Both the position numbers and the translations under genes were made by a program. Below the pieces are notes generated by a model that was given only the letters and a program-made list of their open reading frames with translations, was not told where the DNA came from and made no database searches. From Staphylothermus marinus F1 (GTDB taxonomy: Archaea; Thermoproteota; Thermoprotei_A; Sulfolobales; Desulfurococcaceae), in contig NC_009033.1 of NCBI RefSeq assembly GCF_000015945.1, positions 390,001 to 422,000 of the forward strand: a stretch of 32,000 bases of DNA. Direction: 5' to 3'. Position 1 is the first letter of the stretch; each line of letters begins with the position of its first letter. Shown here in pieces: positions 17,936 through 26,390 of the stretch.

Positions 17936-18382
17936 ATGAATAGTGAGGTTGAGGAAAGGCTTGAGAAAATAGAGCAACTACTTGAAAAGGTATTATTGAA
18001 GATAAACATGTTGGAGGAGAAGCTCCGCTTAATGGGGATAGATTCTTCAGAGTTGAGAATAGCTAATATGCTTGTTTCCGCTCTAAGTCTTCCACCCATC
18101 ATTGCTCTTGAATCATCGAAGCGAGTGCTAGAAATATTTAGTGCAAGAACAGGTCTTGACGATATAAGCAGAGCAATAATAGAATCTTTATCAACATGTG
18201 AAAAACTCAGTATATCAGAGATAACAAGGAGAGTGAGAGCTATACGTGGTAAAGCTTCTAGGAGAATCATCGCTGAGAAGCTGGAAATCCTAGAGGATAT
18301 GGGAATAGTTGTTTCAACTAAGTTGCCGAATAAGCACCTTTTTATGTTGGCTCGCTGTATAAGCGGTCATGGTAAGAGCTAA
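17936..18382 (+). CDS. hypothetical protein with probable C-terminal winged-helix DNA-binding domain
   Basis: 148 aa. An N-terminal coiled coil is followed by LSISEITRRVRAIRGKASRRIIAEKLEILEDMGIVVS, which is HTH-like. Confidence 0.45.
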   Translation: MNSEVEERLEKIEQLLEKVLLKINMLEEKLRLMGIDSSELRIANMLVSALSLPPIIALESSKRVLEIFSARTGLDDISRAIIESLSTCEKLSISEITRRVRAIRGKASRRIIAEKLEILEDMGIVVSTKLPNKHLFMLARCISGHGKS

Positions 18383-18385
18383 GCT

Positions 18386-18652
18386 ATGAATCTATACAGA
18401 TTAAAGAAAATAAGAAAAATACTTGAATTAATAGATATAAACATAGGTATAGTTTCCCAAATAATAGTTTATATTATTTATATTTACTTGATCATCTTAT
18501 TGAAACTCATTATATCAACTATTATATTACGAATAGTTCTTTGGAAAAGAAGAATCCCCGGTAAGTTAAGGAAAAGAATCATCGAGATATATGAGGATAA
18601 AGCAATGGAAATAATTGAAGTAACAAGCATTCTTAAAAATGTTTTATCATGA
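18386..18652 (+). CDS. small hypothetical membrane protein
   Basis: 88 aa with one or two hydrophobic helices. It starts 4 nt after the preceding stop, which suggests translational coupling. Confidence 0.35.
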   Translation: MNLYRLKKIRKILELIDINIGIVSQIIVYIIYIYLIILLKLIISTIILRIVLWKRRIPGKLRKRIIEIYEDKAMEIIEVTSILKNVLS

Positions 18653-18792
18653 AATACACTGCTCTATCTCTATAATATAGAAAAATGTTTTTATGTATTT
18701 GTACCTTTGGATACGATTAACCTTAATAACCATTGTTATTTCTATTATATTAAAAGTATTAACTGCAAAGATCTAGAGGGAGGCGAGTAATA

Positions 18793-19284
18793 GTGTCAGC
18801 TAAGCTTTCAATAATGGTTGCAAGACTCTCAGTAATAGCAGCTGTATATGCTGCTTTAACAATAGCTTTAGGACCACTAGCATATGGTGAGATACAAGTT
18901 AGAATAAGCGATGCAATGCTAATATTGCCGTTTCTAGCAGGTTTTGGATGGGATGCAGTAGTGGGACTAACTATTGGAGGATTTCTAGCGAATTTAGCGA
19001 GTCCATTTGGATATATTGACTGGGTTTTCGGGCCCATAGCTAATTTTCTGGCTACACTAGGTGTTTATGCTTCAAAGAAGATCTTTGGCGAAAACATAGT
19101 TGGTTTAGTAATTGGTGAATTACTAGCTATAATTGCTATTACACTAGTAATCGGATACGGCGAGTTATACTTGGTATTCGGTATACCATGGATGGTCATA
19201 TTATATGTATTGATCGGTGAAGTAATAAGCATAGGTATTGGTGGTTCAATAATATATGGTGCCTTCAAACGATTAAGAGGTTAA
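18793..19284 (+). CDS. queT: QueT-type ECF transporter S component (7-deazapurine/queuosine-precursor transporter family)
   Basis: 163 aa with a GTG start preceded by GGAGG. The segment IAAVYAALTIALGPLAYGEIQVRISDAMLILPFL...GGFLANLASPFGYIDWVFGPIANFLATLG matches the QueT (COG4708) pattern A.Y..lT....P..fG.iQ.RiSe ... aNl.sp.G..D..fG. Confidence 0.7.
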   Translation: MSAKLSIMVARLSVIAAVYAALTIALGPLAYGEIQVRISDAMLILPFLAGFGWDAVVGLTIGGFLANLASPFGYIDWVFGPIANFLATLGVYASKKIFGENIVGLVIGELLAIIAITLVIGYGELYLVFGIPWMVILYVLIGEVISIGIGGSIIYGAFKRLRG

Positions 19285-19290
19285 ATAGAA

Positions 19291-20010
19291 TTGCCGGAAA
19301 TAATCGCTGAAAAACTAAGCATAGGGTATCGAAGAGAAAAACCTATCCTAAAAAACATATTTTTTAAGATCAGAGAAGGCCTCCACATATTACTAGGAGC
19401 TAATGGTAGTGGAAAAACAACTCTTCTAAAAACAATAGCTGGTTTAATAAATCCTCTAGAGGGCAGAGTTCTAATCAATAATTTTGAACCATACAAGCTG
19501 AAAAGAAGAGAAGCAGCAAAATACATAGCTTATACATGGCAAAACCCCTACTATGGATTCGTAGAAGCACGAGTAATAGATGAGATCAAATTTATTTTGA
19601 GAACAACGGGTGTTAAGGGTAATTGGGAAATAGTTGAGAAACTTGTTCCCAAAGAACTATATGAGAGAAACCCATACACATTGAGCGGTGGAGAAGCGAA
19701 AAGAGTTAGTATTGCAAGTGTTCTTGTAGGAGACCAAGATATTTGGTTACTCGACGAACCATTTAACGAGTTAGATTATGAGGGGACATTATCATTACTA
19801 GAAATAATAAGAGATGCTAGAAGGAGAGGAAAACTCATAATAATCTCTACTCACTTAGTACCATTAATGGATCAGCTGGAACCCGACAAATACCTATTAA
19901 TAACTAGGAAAGGCATGCTCATAGTGAATGATTGGAACAAGCTTTCAGACGAAGAACTTGTGAATGCTGGGGTCTTATCGAGGTCGATGATTTGTGGCGG
20001 TTATCGTTGA
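19291..20010 (+). CDS. ECF/ABC transporter ATP-binding protein (EcfA/CbiO-like)
   Basis: 239 aa with a TTG start 7 nt after the queT stop. Walker A GANGSGKTTLLKTIAG, signature LSGGEAKRVSIA, Walker B IWLLDEP. Confidence 0.88.
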   Translation: MPEIIAEKLSIGYRREKPILKNIFFKIREGLHILLGANGSGKTTLLKTIAGLINPLEGRVLINNFEPYKLKRREAAKYIAYTWQNPYYGFVEARVIDEIKFILRTTGVKGNWEIVEKLVPKELYERNPYTLSGGEAKRVSIASVLVGDQDIWLLDEPFNELDYEGTLSLLEIIRDARRRGKLIIISTHLVPLMDQLEPDKYLLITRKGMLIVNDWNKLSDEELVNAGVLSRSMICGGYR

Positions 20011-20569
20011 AGCTTACCATATCCAGTTCAGAGATTCTTTTCTTCACAGAGAAAAAATGTTTCCATACAAGATCGCTTTACTATTGATCGTTGCTGTAAC
20101 ATTTCTTTATATGAATATATATGTATATATGATCTTAGCTTTGATCGGTATTATCCATTTTCTATTAATTAGAGAGTATAGAATAATCCTGTATAGTCTA
20201 CTAGTCTATATTTCTCCAGCACTACTTATTGTATTAATAGATTACCTAGCAGGCACGTTAAGCTATAAAATAATTGCAACCCTCGTTTTCGGATATACAA
20301 GCTTCATATATATACTATTATTCTATGCTACAACACCTATTCAGCAACTCTACAAGTATTTTGGTAGAAACGTATTCACATTATCTCTGCTTATGCTACA
20401 CAATATAGTAGCTGAACTATACGAAGTAATAGAATCTAAGAGAACAAGAGGGTGGGAACCTGGATTCAATATATATAATCATTTCCTACTCGTATTCGAA
20501 GCAATAAGAATAACAATTATAAGAATAGAAGAAATAACAGTTGCACTTAGATCAAGAGGTGTGGATTGA
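19994..20569 (+). CDS. ECF transporter transmembrane (EcfT/CbiQ-like) component
   Basis: 191 aa and polytopic, with a GTG start overlapping the ATPase stop by 17 nt. The C-terminal ALRSRG motif is typical of CbiQ/EcfT. It is shorter than typical T components. Confidence 0.6.
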   Translation: MAVIVEAYHIQFRDSFLHREKMFPYKIALLLIVAVTFLYMNIYVYMILALIGIIHFLLIREYRIILYSLLVYISPALLIVLIDYLAGTLSYKIIATLVFGYTSFIYILLFYATTPIQQLYKYFGRNVFTLSLLMLHNIVAELYEVIESKRTRGWEPGFNIYNHFLLVFEAIRITIIRIEEITVALRSRGVD

Positions 20570-20575
20570 GAAAAA

Positions 20576-21034
20576 TTATTTGGAAAGCTTCTTAACAATT
20601 TCCAAGGCTAGATCAGCATGTTTTTCAGCTGGTCTTATATTCCTTAATACCTCAACAATCCTCATATCTTGATCAATAATGAAAGTTGTTCTCTCAGCCG
20701 CCAATCTCTTGGTTCCTTTCTTGACTACTCCATATAGTTTAACAACTTTACCCTCAGGATCAGATAATAATGTAAACTTTAAATTATGTTTCTTCTTAAA
20801 CTTAGCTATTTTATCAACAGGATCAGTGCTTACACCTATTACTACTGCACCATGCTTATGGAATTCATCAAGTAACTCATTAAACCTTACTGCTTCCCTA
20901 GTACATCCCGTTGTCATTGCTCTCGGATAAAAGTATAACACTATGATTTTGCCTTTATAATTGTAGAGCTCCTCTTCTTCACCTCTATCATTATATAGTT
21001 TAAAATTGGGTGCTTGTTCACCCTTATCAACCAT
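20576..21034 (-). CDS. bcp: peroxiredoxin, Bcp (AhpC/TSA family)
   Basis: The segment APNFKLYNDRGEEEELYNYKGKIIVLYFYPRAMTTGCTREA contains the peroxidatic Cys. The track ORF extends to 21055, but ATG 21034 is preceded by GGAGGTG and lies 4 nt past the upstream gene's TGA, so it is the likely start. Confidence 0.88.
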   Translation of the reverse strand: MVDKGEQAPNFKLYNDRGEEEELYNYKGKIIVLYFYPRAMTTGCTREAVRFNELLDEFHKHGAVVIGVSTDPVDKIAKFKKKHNLKFTLLSDPEGKVVKLYGVVKKGTKRLAAERTTFIIDQDMRIVEVLRNIRPAEKHADLALEIVKKLSK

Positions 21035-21038
21035 GCAT

Positions 21039-22157
21039 TCACACCTCCAAAACATCTTTTATGAAGTATCCATTTTCATAGATTAGATCCCCGTCCGCGT
21101 ATATTCTATGTTTTCTCATATCCTTGATCATGTCCCAATGTATTGCTGACACGTTTTTACCTCCTGTTTCAGGATATGCTGCTCCCAATGCCATATGTAT
21201 TGTTCCACCGATTTTCTCATCGAACAATATTTCCTTAGTGAACCTTGTAATATTATAGTTGAGACCAAAAGCTATTTCTCCAAGCCTTTTAGCACCCTCA
21301 TCTGTTTCAAGCATTTTCTTCAAAAACTCTTCTCCTCTCCTAGCATGTGCTTCTACAACAACGCCTTTCTTAAAAACAAGTTTTACACCTTCAACTTCTA
21401 CCCCCCGCCAAATGGCTGGGTAATCAAATTCTACATAGCCCTCCACACTATCCTCTATTGGTGCCGAGAATACTTCTCCGCCGGGCATATTGTATTTTCC
21501 ATCATCATTAATCCATTTCCTACCCTCAACTCTCAAAACAAGATCTATTCCTGGCCCCTCATATTTAAGCTCGGAAACATTGTTTAGGAAATCAGCTATT
21601 CTCTGTTGTTTCTCCTTGATCTCAACCCATTTCTTCACAGGATCATCTGTATCAGCATATGTTGCGTGAAACACGAAATCTTCGTAGTCGATAATAGACA
21701 TTCCAGCTTCTTGTGCAAGAGCCTTGGTTGGATAAGCTGTTACAGTCCATCTAAGCTCTCTCCTAGCACTTCTCTCCATAAATATCTTTGTTAACTCTCT
21801 TCTAGCACCACTCCTAATCTTCATCTTCTCAGGATCTATGCCTATAAAGGGTTTTGTATGGGAAGGAGATATAATTGAGATTGATGCATCAATGTTTTCA
21901 AGCACATATTTTTCAATACTACTAATATGTTCAAGCACATCTTTGGTCGCGTATCGATAGAACACTTCACTTATAGATTCATCGCTTAAATTAATCATTA
22001 CAGGATAACTCCCTCTAGAAACCAGGTATTTCACTACTTCCCTAACAAGCGGTATAGCTTCAACACCAGCATTAACAACTACTTCATCACCCTTCCCTGC
22101 TTCAATACAGTATTCTACGAGGAGACGGGCTAGATTAGAAACTCTCGGATCAACCAT
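21039..22157 (-). CDS. M29-family aminopeptidase (AmpS/aminopeptidase T-like)
   Basis: 372 aa. The N-terminus NLARLLVEYCIEAGKGDEVVV, together with GGEVFSAP, HMALG and HWDM motifs, is characteristic of thermophilic metalloprotease M29. Confidence 0.85.
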   Translation of the reverse strand: MVDPRVSNLARLLVEYCIEAGKGDEVVVNAGVEAIPLVREVVKYLVSRGSYPVMINLSDESISEVFYRYATKDVLEHISSIEKYVLENIDASISIISPSHTKPFIGIDPEKMKIRSGARRELTKIFMERSARRELRWTVTAYPTKALAQEAGMSIIDYEDFVFHATYADTDDPVKKWVEIKEKQQRIADFLNNVSELKYEGPGIDLVLRVEGRKWINDDGKYNMPGGEVFSAPIEDSVEGYVEFDYPAIWRGVEVEGVKLVFKKGVVVEAHARRGEEFLKKMLETDEGAKRLGEIAFGLNYNITRFTKEILFDEKIGGTIHMALGAAYPETGGKNVSAIHWDMIKDMRKHRIYADGDLIYENGYFIKDVLEV

Positions 22158-22316
22158 TACCTTACACCATGAGGAAGATAATTCTACAAGGTATTCTATC
22201 AGATAAGTAGCTATTAATGTTAAGCTTTGGAAACTATTAAAAATGCTCGCATTAATTCAAACATTGGATAATAGTTTTTGTATTACTAATCAAAATATTA
22301 TTTTGGGAGATAAAAA

Positions 22317-24299
22317 TTGGGTTTTAAAGGAGAACGTATTGATTGGGAATCTTATTTTTCTCTCTATAATATCGAGTATGAAATCCTATTGAATGCTTTA
22401 GAAAAAATATTTTCTCAAGAAAAAGCTTGTAGATTAAAAGATCTTATTCAACCACAAGTTTTCCATAAGTTAAACCCTAACTTAGTAGCTAAACTAGTTG
22501 ATCGTGGATTGCTTAAAAGAATACATAGAGGAGGAGAATACTATACAGTTACAACTCGTGGTATAGCAGCTTTTCTATCGGTAGTTAAACATGTTTATGA
22601 AATATTAGATGAGTTGCGTGAATCGGATTATTTAACCATTGCCGAAAAAGTTGCTAATAGAGTTTTTCTCGGCGGAATATATCGTGTCAGAGAAGTTCAT
22701 AATAAACTAGTTAAGAGAACACTTGATCTCCTATCTTTAATTGGTGTTATAGAGAGCAAGAATAATAAATACATAGTAGTTGATTATGATAAGAGAGTAA
22801 AGGCTTTAGCGTTTTTTCTCAGAAAAATCAGCACTCTCACAACAATTAGGAATATTGAAGAACTAGTACATATTGCATGTAGCAGTTTATTGATCCCGAT
22901 TGATTATGAAAACCAAGTACTACAGCATATTATGTCTTATGGAGCGGTGATAGGAGAAAAAGATCCTAGGGAAGCATTGCTTGATCTATTATTCAAAACT
23001 CGTAATGTAGCATATGAGAATCTTAAGCGTGGAAAATTAGTTGAAGCAGCTGCATATGAAGCCATGGGATTAGAAATTATGCGAATAATTGAGAAAATGG
23101 GTCTTATGGATGAGAAAAACCTAAAAGATATGAAGTCAAAGTTTTTATTCCACTTCTACGTGATCATGGGGGAATTCCTCTATAACAACTTATTATTCGA
23201 CCTGGCAAAAACCATGTATCATTGGGCGGTTCAAGTAGCTCATGAAAACCCTGTATTAGCCAAGGAAGCTAAGAAGGTGAATGCAAAATACTTGTTAAGC
23301 CTTGCAAGAAGTCTTGCAGAGAAGGGCCGTTATGAAGAAGCAATATCGAGACTGCAAGAACTAGTAGGCTACTATAAATCCACAGGATCAATGAGGGAAT
23401 CACTAATAGCTGAAGCACTAATCAACGAATACATGGCTGAACTCGAGATCAGAAAACATAAGCCATGTAATTCATATAGAACACTATTATCAGCTGTTTC
23501 AGTATATAATGAGCTAGGCGGAGAATATAAGAGCAGAGCAGAAGCATTAAGAGTAAAAGCCCTAATAAGCCAAGCAGAATGCTATATTACCAATAAAAAA
23601 GACATTAATAAAGCCATTAAGATCTTGGAAAAAGCAAAAGAAAAAGCTGTAGAGATTCTTAGCCCCCATTTAAGAAATGTTGTTGAAAGCATACTACACG
23701 AATTAATAGCTTCGCAAAAAGTTGTTGAAGAAAAATATTCTGAAGCAGCCAAAGAATATATGGAGTCAGCAAAATACTATAGTACACGAGGTAATAATTA
23801 TAGATCACTGCTAAACCAAGCTAGAGGATACAAGTTTAAAGGCTACTCACAAATACTGGAAAACAAACTTAGAGAAGCACTAGAAAACTTTATTGAAGCA
23901 CATACAAACTATTATAAACTGTTAAAACAAGTTATACGAAAATACTATAAGACCGGAAAACTCAATTATTATGTTTTAAATGAATCAATTAAAGGATATT
24001 ATGATACAAATACATTAATACATGCTTTAAAAATAATATTAGACACTAATCTTGATATACGGAAAGAAATACACATAATAACGCAGAGCTTGGTCGAAGC
24101 AGGAAGAATAAAAGAACAAAAGATTCTTGCAACAATAATAGATTTATTAAATAATAACAAAATCGACGAAGCAAAAATGTTTCTAAGACAAATAATCAAC
24201 AATGATGATATGCCACCTAGAATAAAAATATTTGCACATGCTCTATCAAAAATAGTGGATAACATAAATAATACTAATACTTATATAAGCAATATCTAG
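22317..24299 (+). CDS. hypothetical large alpha-helical protein: two N-terminal wHTH-like modules plus TPR-like repeats
   Basis: 660 aa with a TTG start. The N-terminal LVAKLVDRGLLKRIHRGGEYYTVTTRGIAAFL and TLDLLSLIGVIESKNNKYIVVD segments look winged-helix-like. The C-terminal 350 aa has TPR-like helices, for example LARSLAEKGRYEEAISRLQELVGYY. No Walker A motif was seen. Confidence 0.55.
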   Translation: MGFKGERIDWESYFSLYNIEYEILLNALEKIFSQEKACRLKDLIQPQVFHKLNPNLVAKLVDRGLLKRIHRGGEYYTVTTRGIAAFLSVVKHVYEILDELRESDYLTIAEKVANRVFLGGIYRVREVHNKLVKRTLDLLSLIGVIESKNNKYIVVDYDKRVKALAFFLRKISTLTTIRNIEELVHIACSSLLIPIDYENQVLQHIMSYGAVIGEKDPREALLDLLFKTRNVAYENLKRGKLVEAAAYEAMGLEIMRIIEKMGLMDEKNLKDMKSKFLFHFYVIMGEFLYNNLLFDLAKTMYHWAVQVAHENPVLAKEAKKVNAKYLLSLARSLAEKGRYEEAISRLQELVGYYKSTGSMRESLIAEALINEYMAELEIRKHKPCNSYRTLLSAVSVYNELGGEYKSRAEALRVKALISQAECYITNKKDINKAIKILEKAKEKAVEILSPHLRNVVESILHELIASQKVVEEKYSEAAKEYMESAKYYSTRGNNYRSLLNQARGYKFKGYSQILENKLREALENFIEAHTNYYKLLKQVIRKYYKTGKLNYYVLNESIKGYYDTNTLIHALKIILDTNLDIRKEIHIITQSLVEAGRIKEQKILATIIDLLNNNKIDEAKMFLRQIINNDDMPPRIKIFAHALSKIVDNINNTNTYISNI

Positions 24300-24410
24300 C
24301 TTGTAATTAGTATTTAAGATTTAGAATTGATTACAACACATTATTTTGTTAAGTACTTGCAAACATCCTAAAGAGATATATTTTTGAATACAACAAACCA
24401 AGTATAAGGT

Positions 24411-25370
24411 GTGACTATGGAAAAGCATTGGTTTTATGCTGAATTATTAAGTTATTCAATCTTATTAGAAGTATCAGGTTATCCTAAGCCTGGAAATGTT
24501 CACAGAACCCGGAATTTGCCGGGTTTAGTGTTTGAGGATTTCCTATATACTGGAGTAGCATCTGTTAAATGGTTTAAGAAAGGAATAATTAGGGGATTAC
24601 GTGGTTATTCTAGGATCGTTTTTGGAGATATAATTTATGGGATAGTCCACGATACTATTAGTTATAGAGGGGTAAATACCTGTCTAGGATCATCTCTCCT
24701 CCTAGCTCCTATAAGTATTGGTATTGGTAAATGTCTTGGCAAGCAAGTAGAAGATATTAAGTGCTATATAGAGGAAGCATTGAATGCATTGAAAAAGACG
24801 ACGGTTTATGACTCAATATATTTTTATAGAGCGGTTAGATTAGCGAAGCCATCGTATATAAGGAAAACAGATGATACAGGCGAATATGTTAATGTATGGG
24901 ACAGATGTTTTCGATCAAAACTAATAGCTAGGAATCAGCGATTACATGATATATTGAAATATAGTGCTTCTAGAGATATTGTTGCTGATGAAGTAGTTAA
25001 TGGTTATCCGAGATCGTTGGATGGAAAAATGTTTTTCCAGGCCAGGATCAATGCACATAAGGACTGGAACCGGGGGGTTGTCGAGACATACCTATATCTT
25101 CTAAGCAAATACAAAGATACCACAATAACTAGAACACATGGTGAAAAAATAGCGGCCGAAATAGTTGTTAGAGCAAGAAAAACGTTGAATACAGTATTGG
25201 AGAAAAGAAATAATTGGATGAATCAGGTTGAAGATCTAGATGTTTATCTAAGAAAACAAAATATTAATCCGGGATCAATAGCTGACATAGTTGTATCAAC
25301 TATAGCATTGATCCTACTAGATAAAAATTTATCGTATACAATTAAACATGACAAACAATTGTTAAAATGA
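24411..25370 (+). CDS. triphosphoribosyl-dephospho-CoA synthase (CitG/MdcB) family protein
   Basis: 319 aa. The N-terminal LLEVSGYPKPGNVHR matches the family's E...PKPG.VdR motif. A second conserved block is NPGSIADIVVST. GTG 24411 or ATG 24417 is the start. Confidence 0.7.
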   Translation: MTMEKHWFYAELLSYSILLEVSGYPKPGNVHRTRNLPGLVFEDFLYTGVASVKWFKKGIIRGLRGYSRIVFGDIIYGIVHDTISYRGVNTCLGSSLLLAPISIGIGKCLGKQVEDIKCYIEEALNALKKTTVYDSIYFYRAVRLAKPSYIRKTDDTGEYVNVWDRCFRSKLIARNQRLHDILKYSASRDIVADEVVNGYPRSLDGKMFFQARINAHKDWNRGVVETYLYLLSKYKDTTITRTHGEKIAAEIVVRARKTLNTVLEKRNNWMNQVEDLDVYLRKQNINPGSIADIVVSTIALILLDKNLSYTIKHDKQLLK

Positions 25371-25446
25371 AACAGTGAATAACCAATGAGAGAGGTGAAG
25401 CAGTATTCCAAAATGCCGTATTTGTGGTAGAAACGCAGTTGTTTAT

Positions 25447-26379
25447 TTGCATCACTCAAGATTATGGCTGTGTAGAGAACACTTCAACAAGTTCATAGAG
25501 AATAGGGTTATGAGAACTATTAAGCGATACAATTTAATTAGGAGGGGTGATCGTGTACTACTTGGATTATCAGGCGGAAAGGATAGCGTAGTCTTAGCAT
25601 ATATTCTGAGTAAGCTTAGAGAAACAATTGGTTTCAAACTATACTTGACACATTTAAATCTAGGTATTGGGGAATATAGTAAGAAAACCGTTGAAATAGT
25701 GAGGAAGATTTCTGAAAAGATAAATGCTCCCCTAATAATTCTTGATCTCAGAGAAATCCTGAGCATAGGTATACCTGAACTAGCATTAAAAACCCGAAGA
25801 CCTCCCTGTAGCGTTTGCGGCGTTGTGAAAAGATATTTATTGAATGCATTAGCTGTAGAACTTAAAGCTGATAGTATAGCTACAGGACACAATCTAGATG
25901 ACATGGTAACTTTTATTCTCAGAGAATTCCTTGTCCAAAACCTTGAACAAATACCAAAATTAGCCCCCCGCATTGAAGGAGCCGAGGATTATTTAGCGAC
26001 TAAGATAAAACCCTTATACGAAACATATGAGGAGGATATTAAGAAATATGCTGAATTAAACAATATAGATTATGTTGAGGAAAAATGTCCATTAGCAGAT
26101 GAAAAAACTATAACTAGTAGTTTAAAAAAGCATCTAGGGATTCTAGAAAATAAATTTCCAGGATTAACTATAGGGTTTATACGTAGATTTGTGAAGAACC
26201 TTGAGAAATACCCTAAACCCAGAGATACTATTAGGAGATGCAGTATATGTGGAATGCCTAGTAGTGGAGAAGTATGTAGTTTCTGTAAAATAACTCAGAA
26301 AGCTCTTGGAAAACCCATGGGACCTTACGCTAGAGAATACATTAGAGAGATCGTCCGTAAAAGCATTACTGATTACTGA
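25447..26379 (+). CDS. ttuA: TtuA/Ncs6-type tRNA 2-thiolation PP-loop ATPase (N-terminus problematic, see findings)
   Basis: PP-loop LLGLSGGKDSVVLAYIL, Fe-S/catalytic cysteines PPCSVCGVVKRYLL and EEKCPLA, and a C-terminal zinc finger CSICG...CSFC. The expected N-terminal finger KCRICG...LCREHF begins at 25411, upstream of the TTG 25447 used by the track. Confidence 0.85.
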   Translation: MHHSRLWLCREHFNKFIENRVMRTIKRYNLIRRGDRVLLGLSGGKDSVVLAYILSKLRETIGFKLYLTHLNLGIGEYSKKTVEIVRKISEKINAPLIILDLREILSIGIPELALKTRRPPCSVCGVVKRYLLNALAVELKADSIATGHNLDDMVTFILREFLVQNLEQIPKLAPRIEGAEDYLATKIKPLYETYEEDIKKYAELNNIDYVEEKCPLADEKTITSSLKKHLGILENKFPGLTIGFIRRFVKNLEKYPKPRDTIRRCSICGMPSSGEVCSFCKITQKALGKPMGPYAREYIREIVRKSITDY

Positions 26380-26390
26380 CAAAAATTGTT

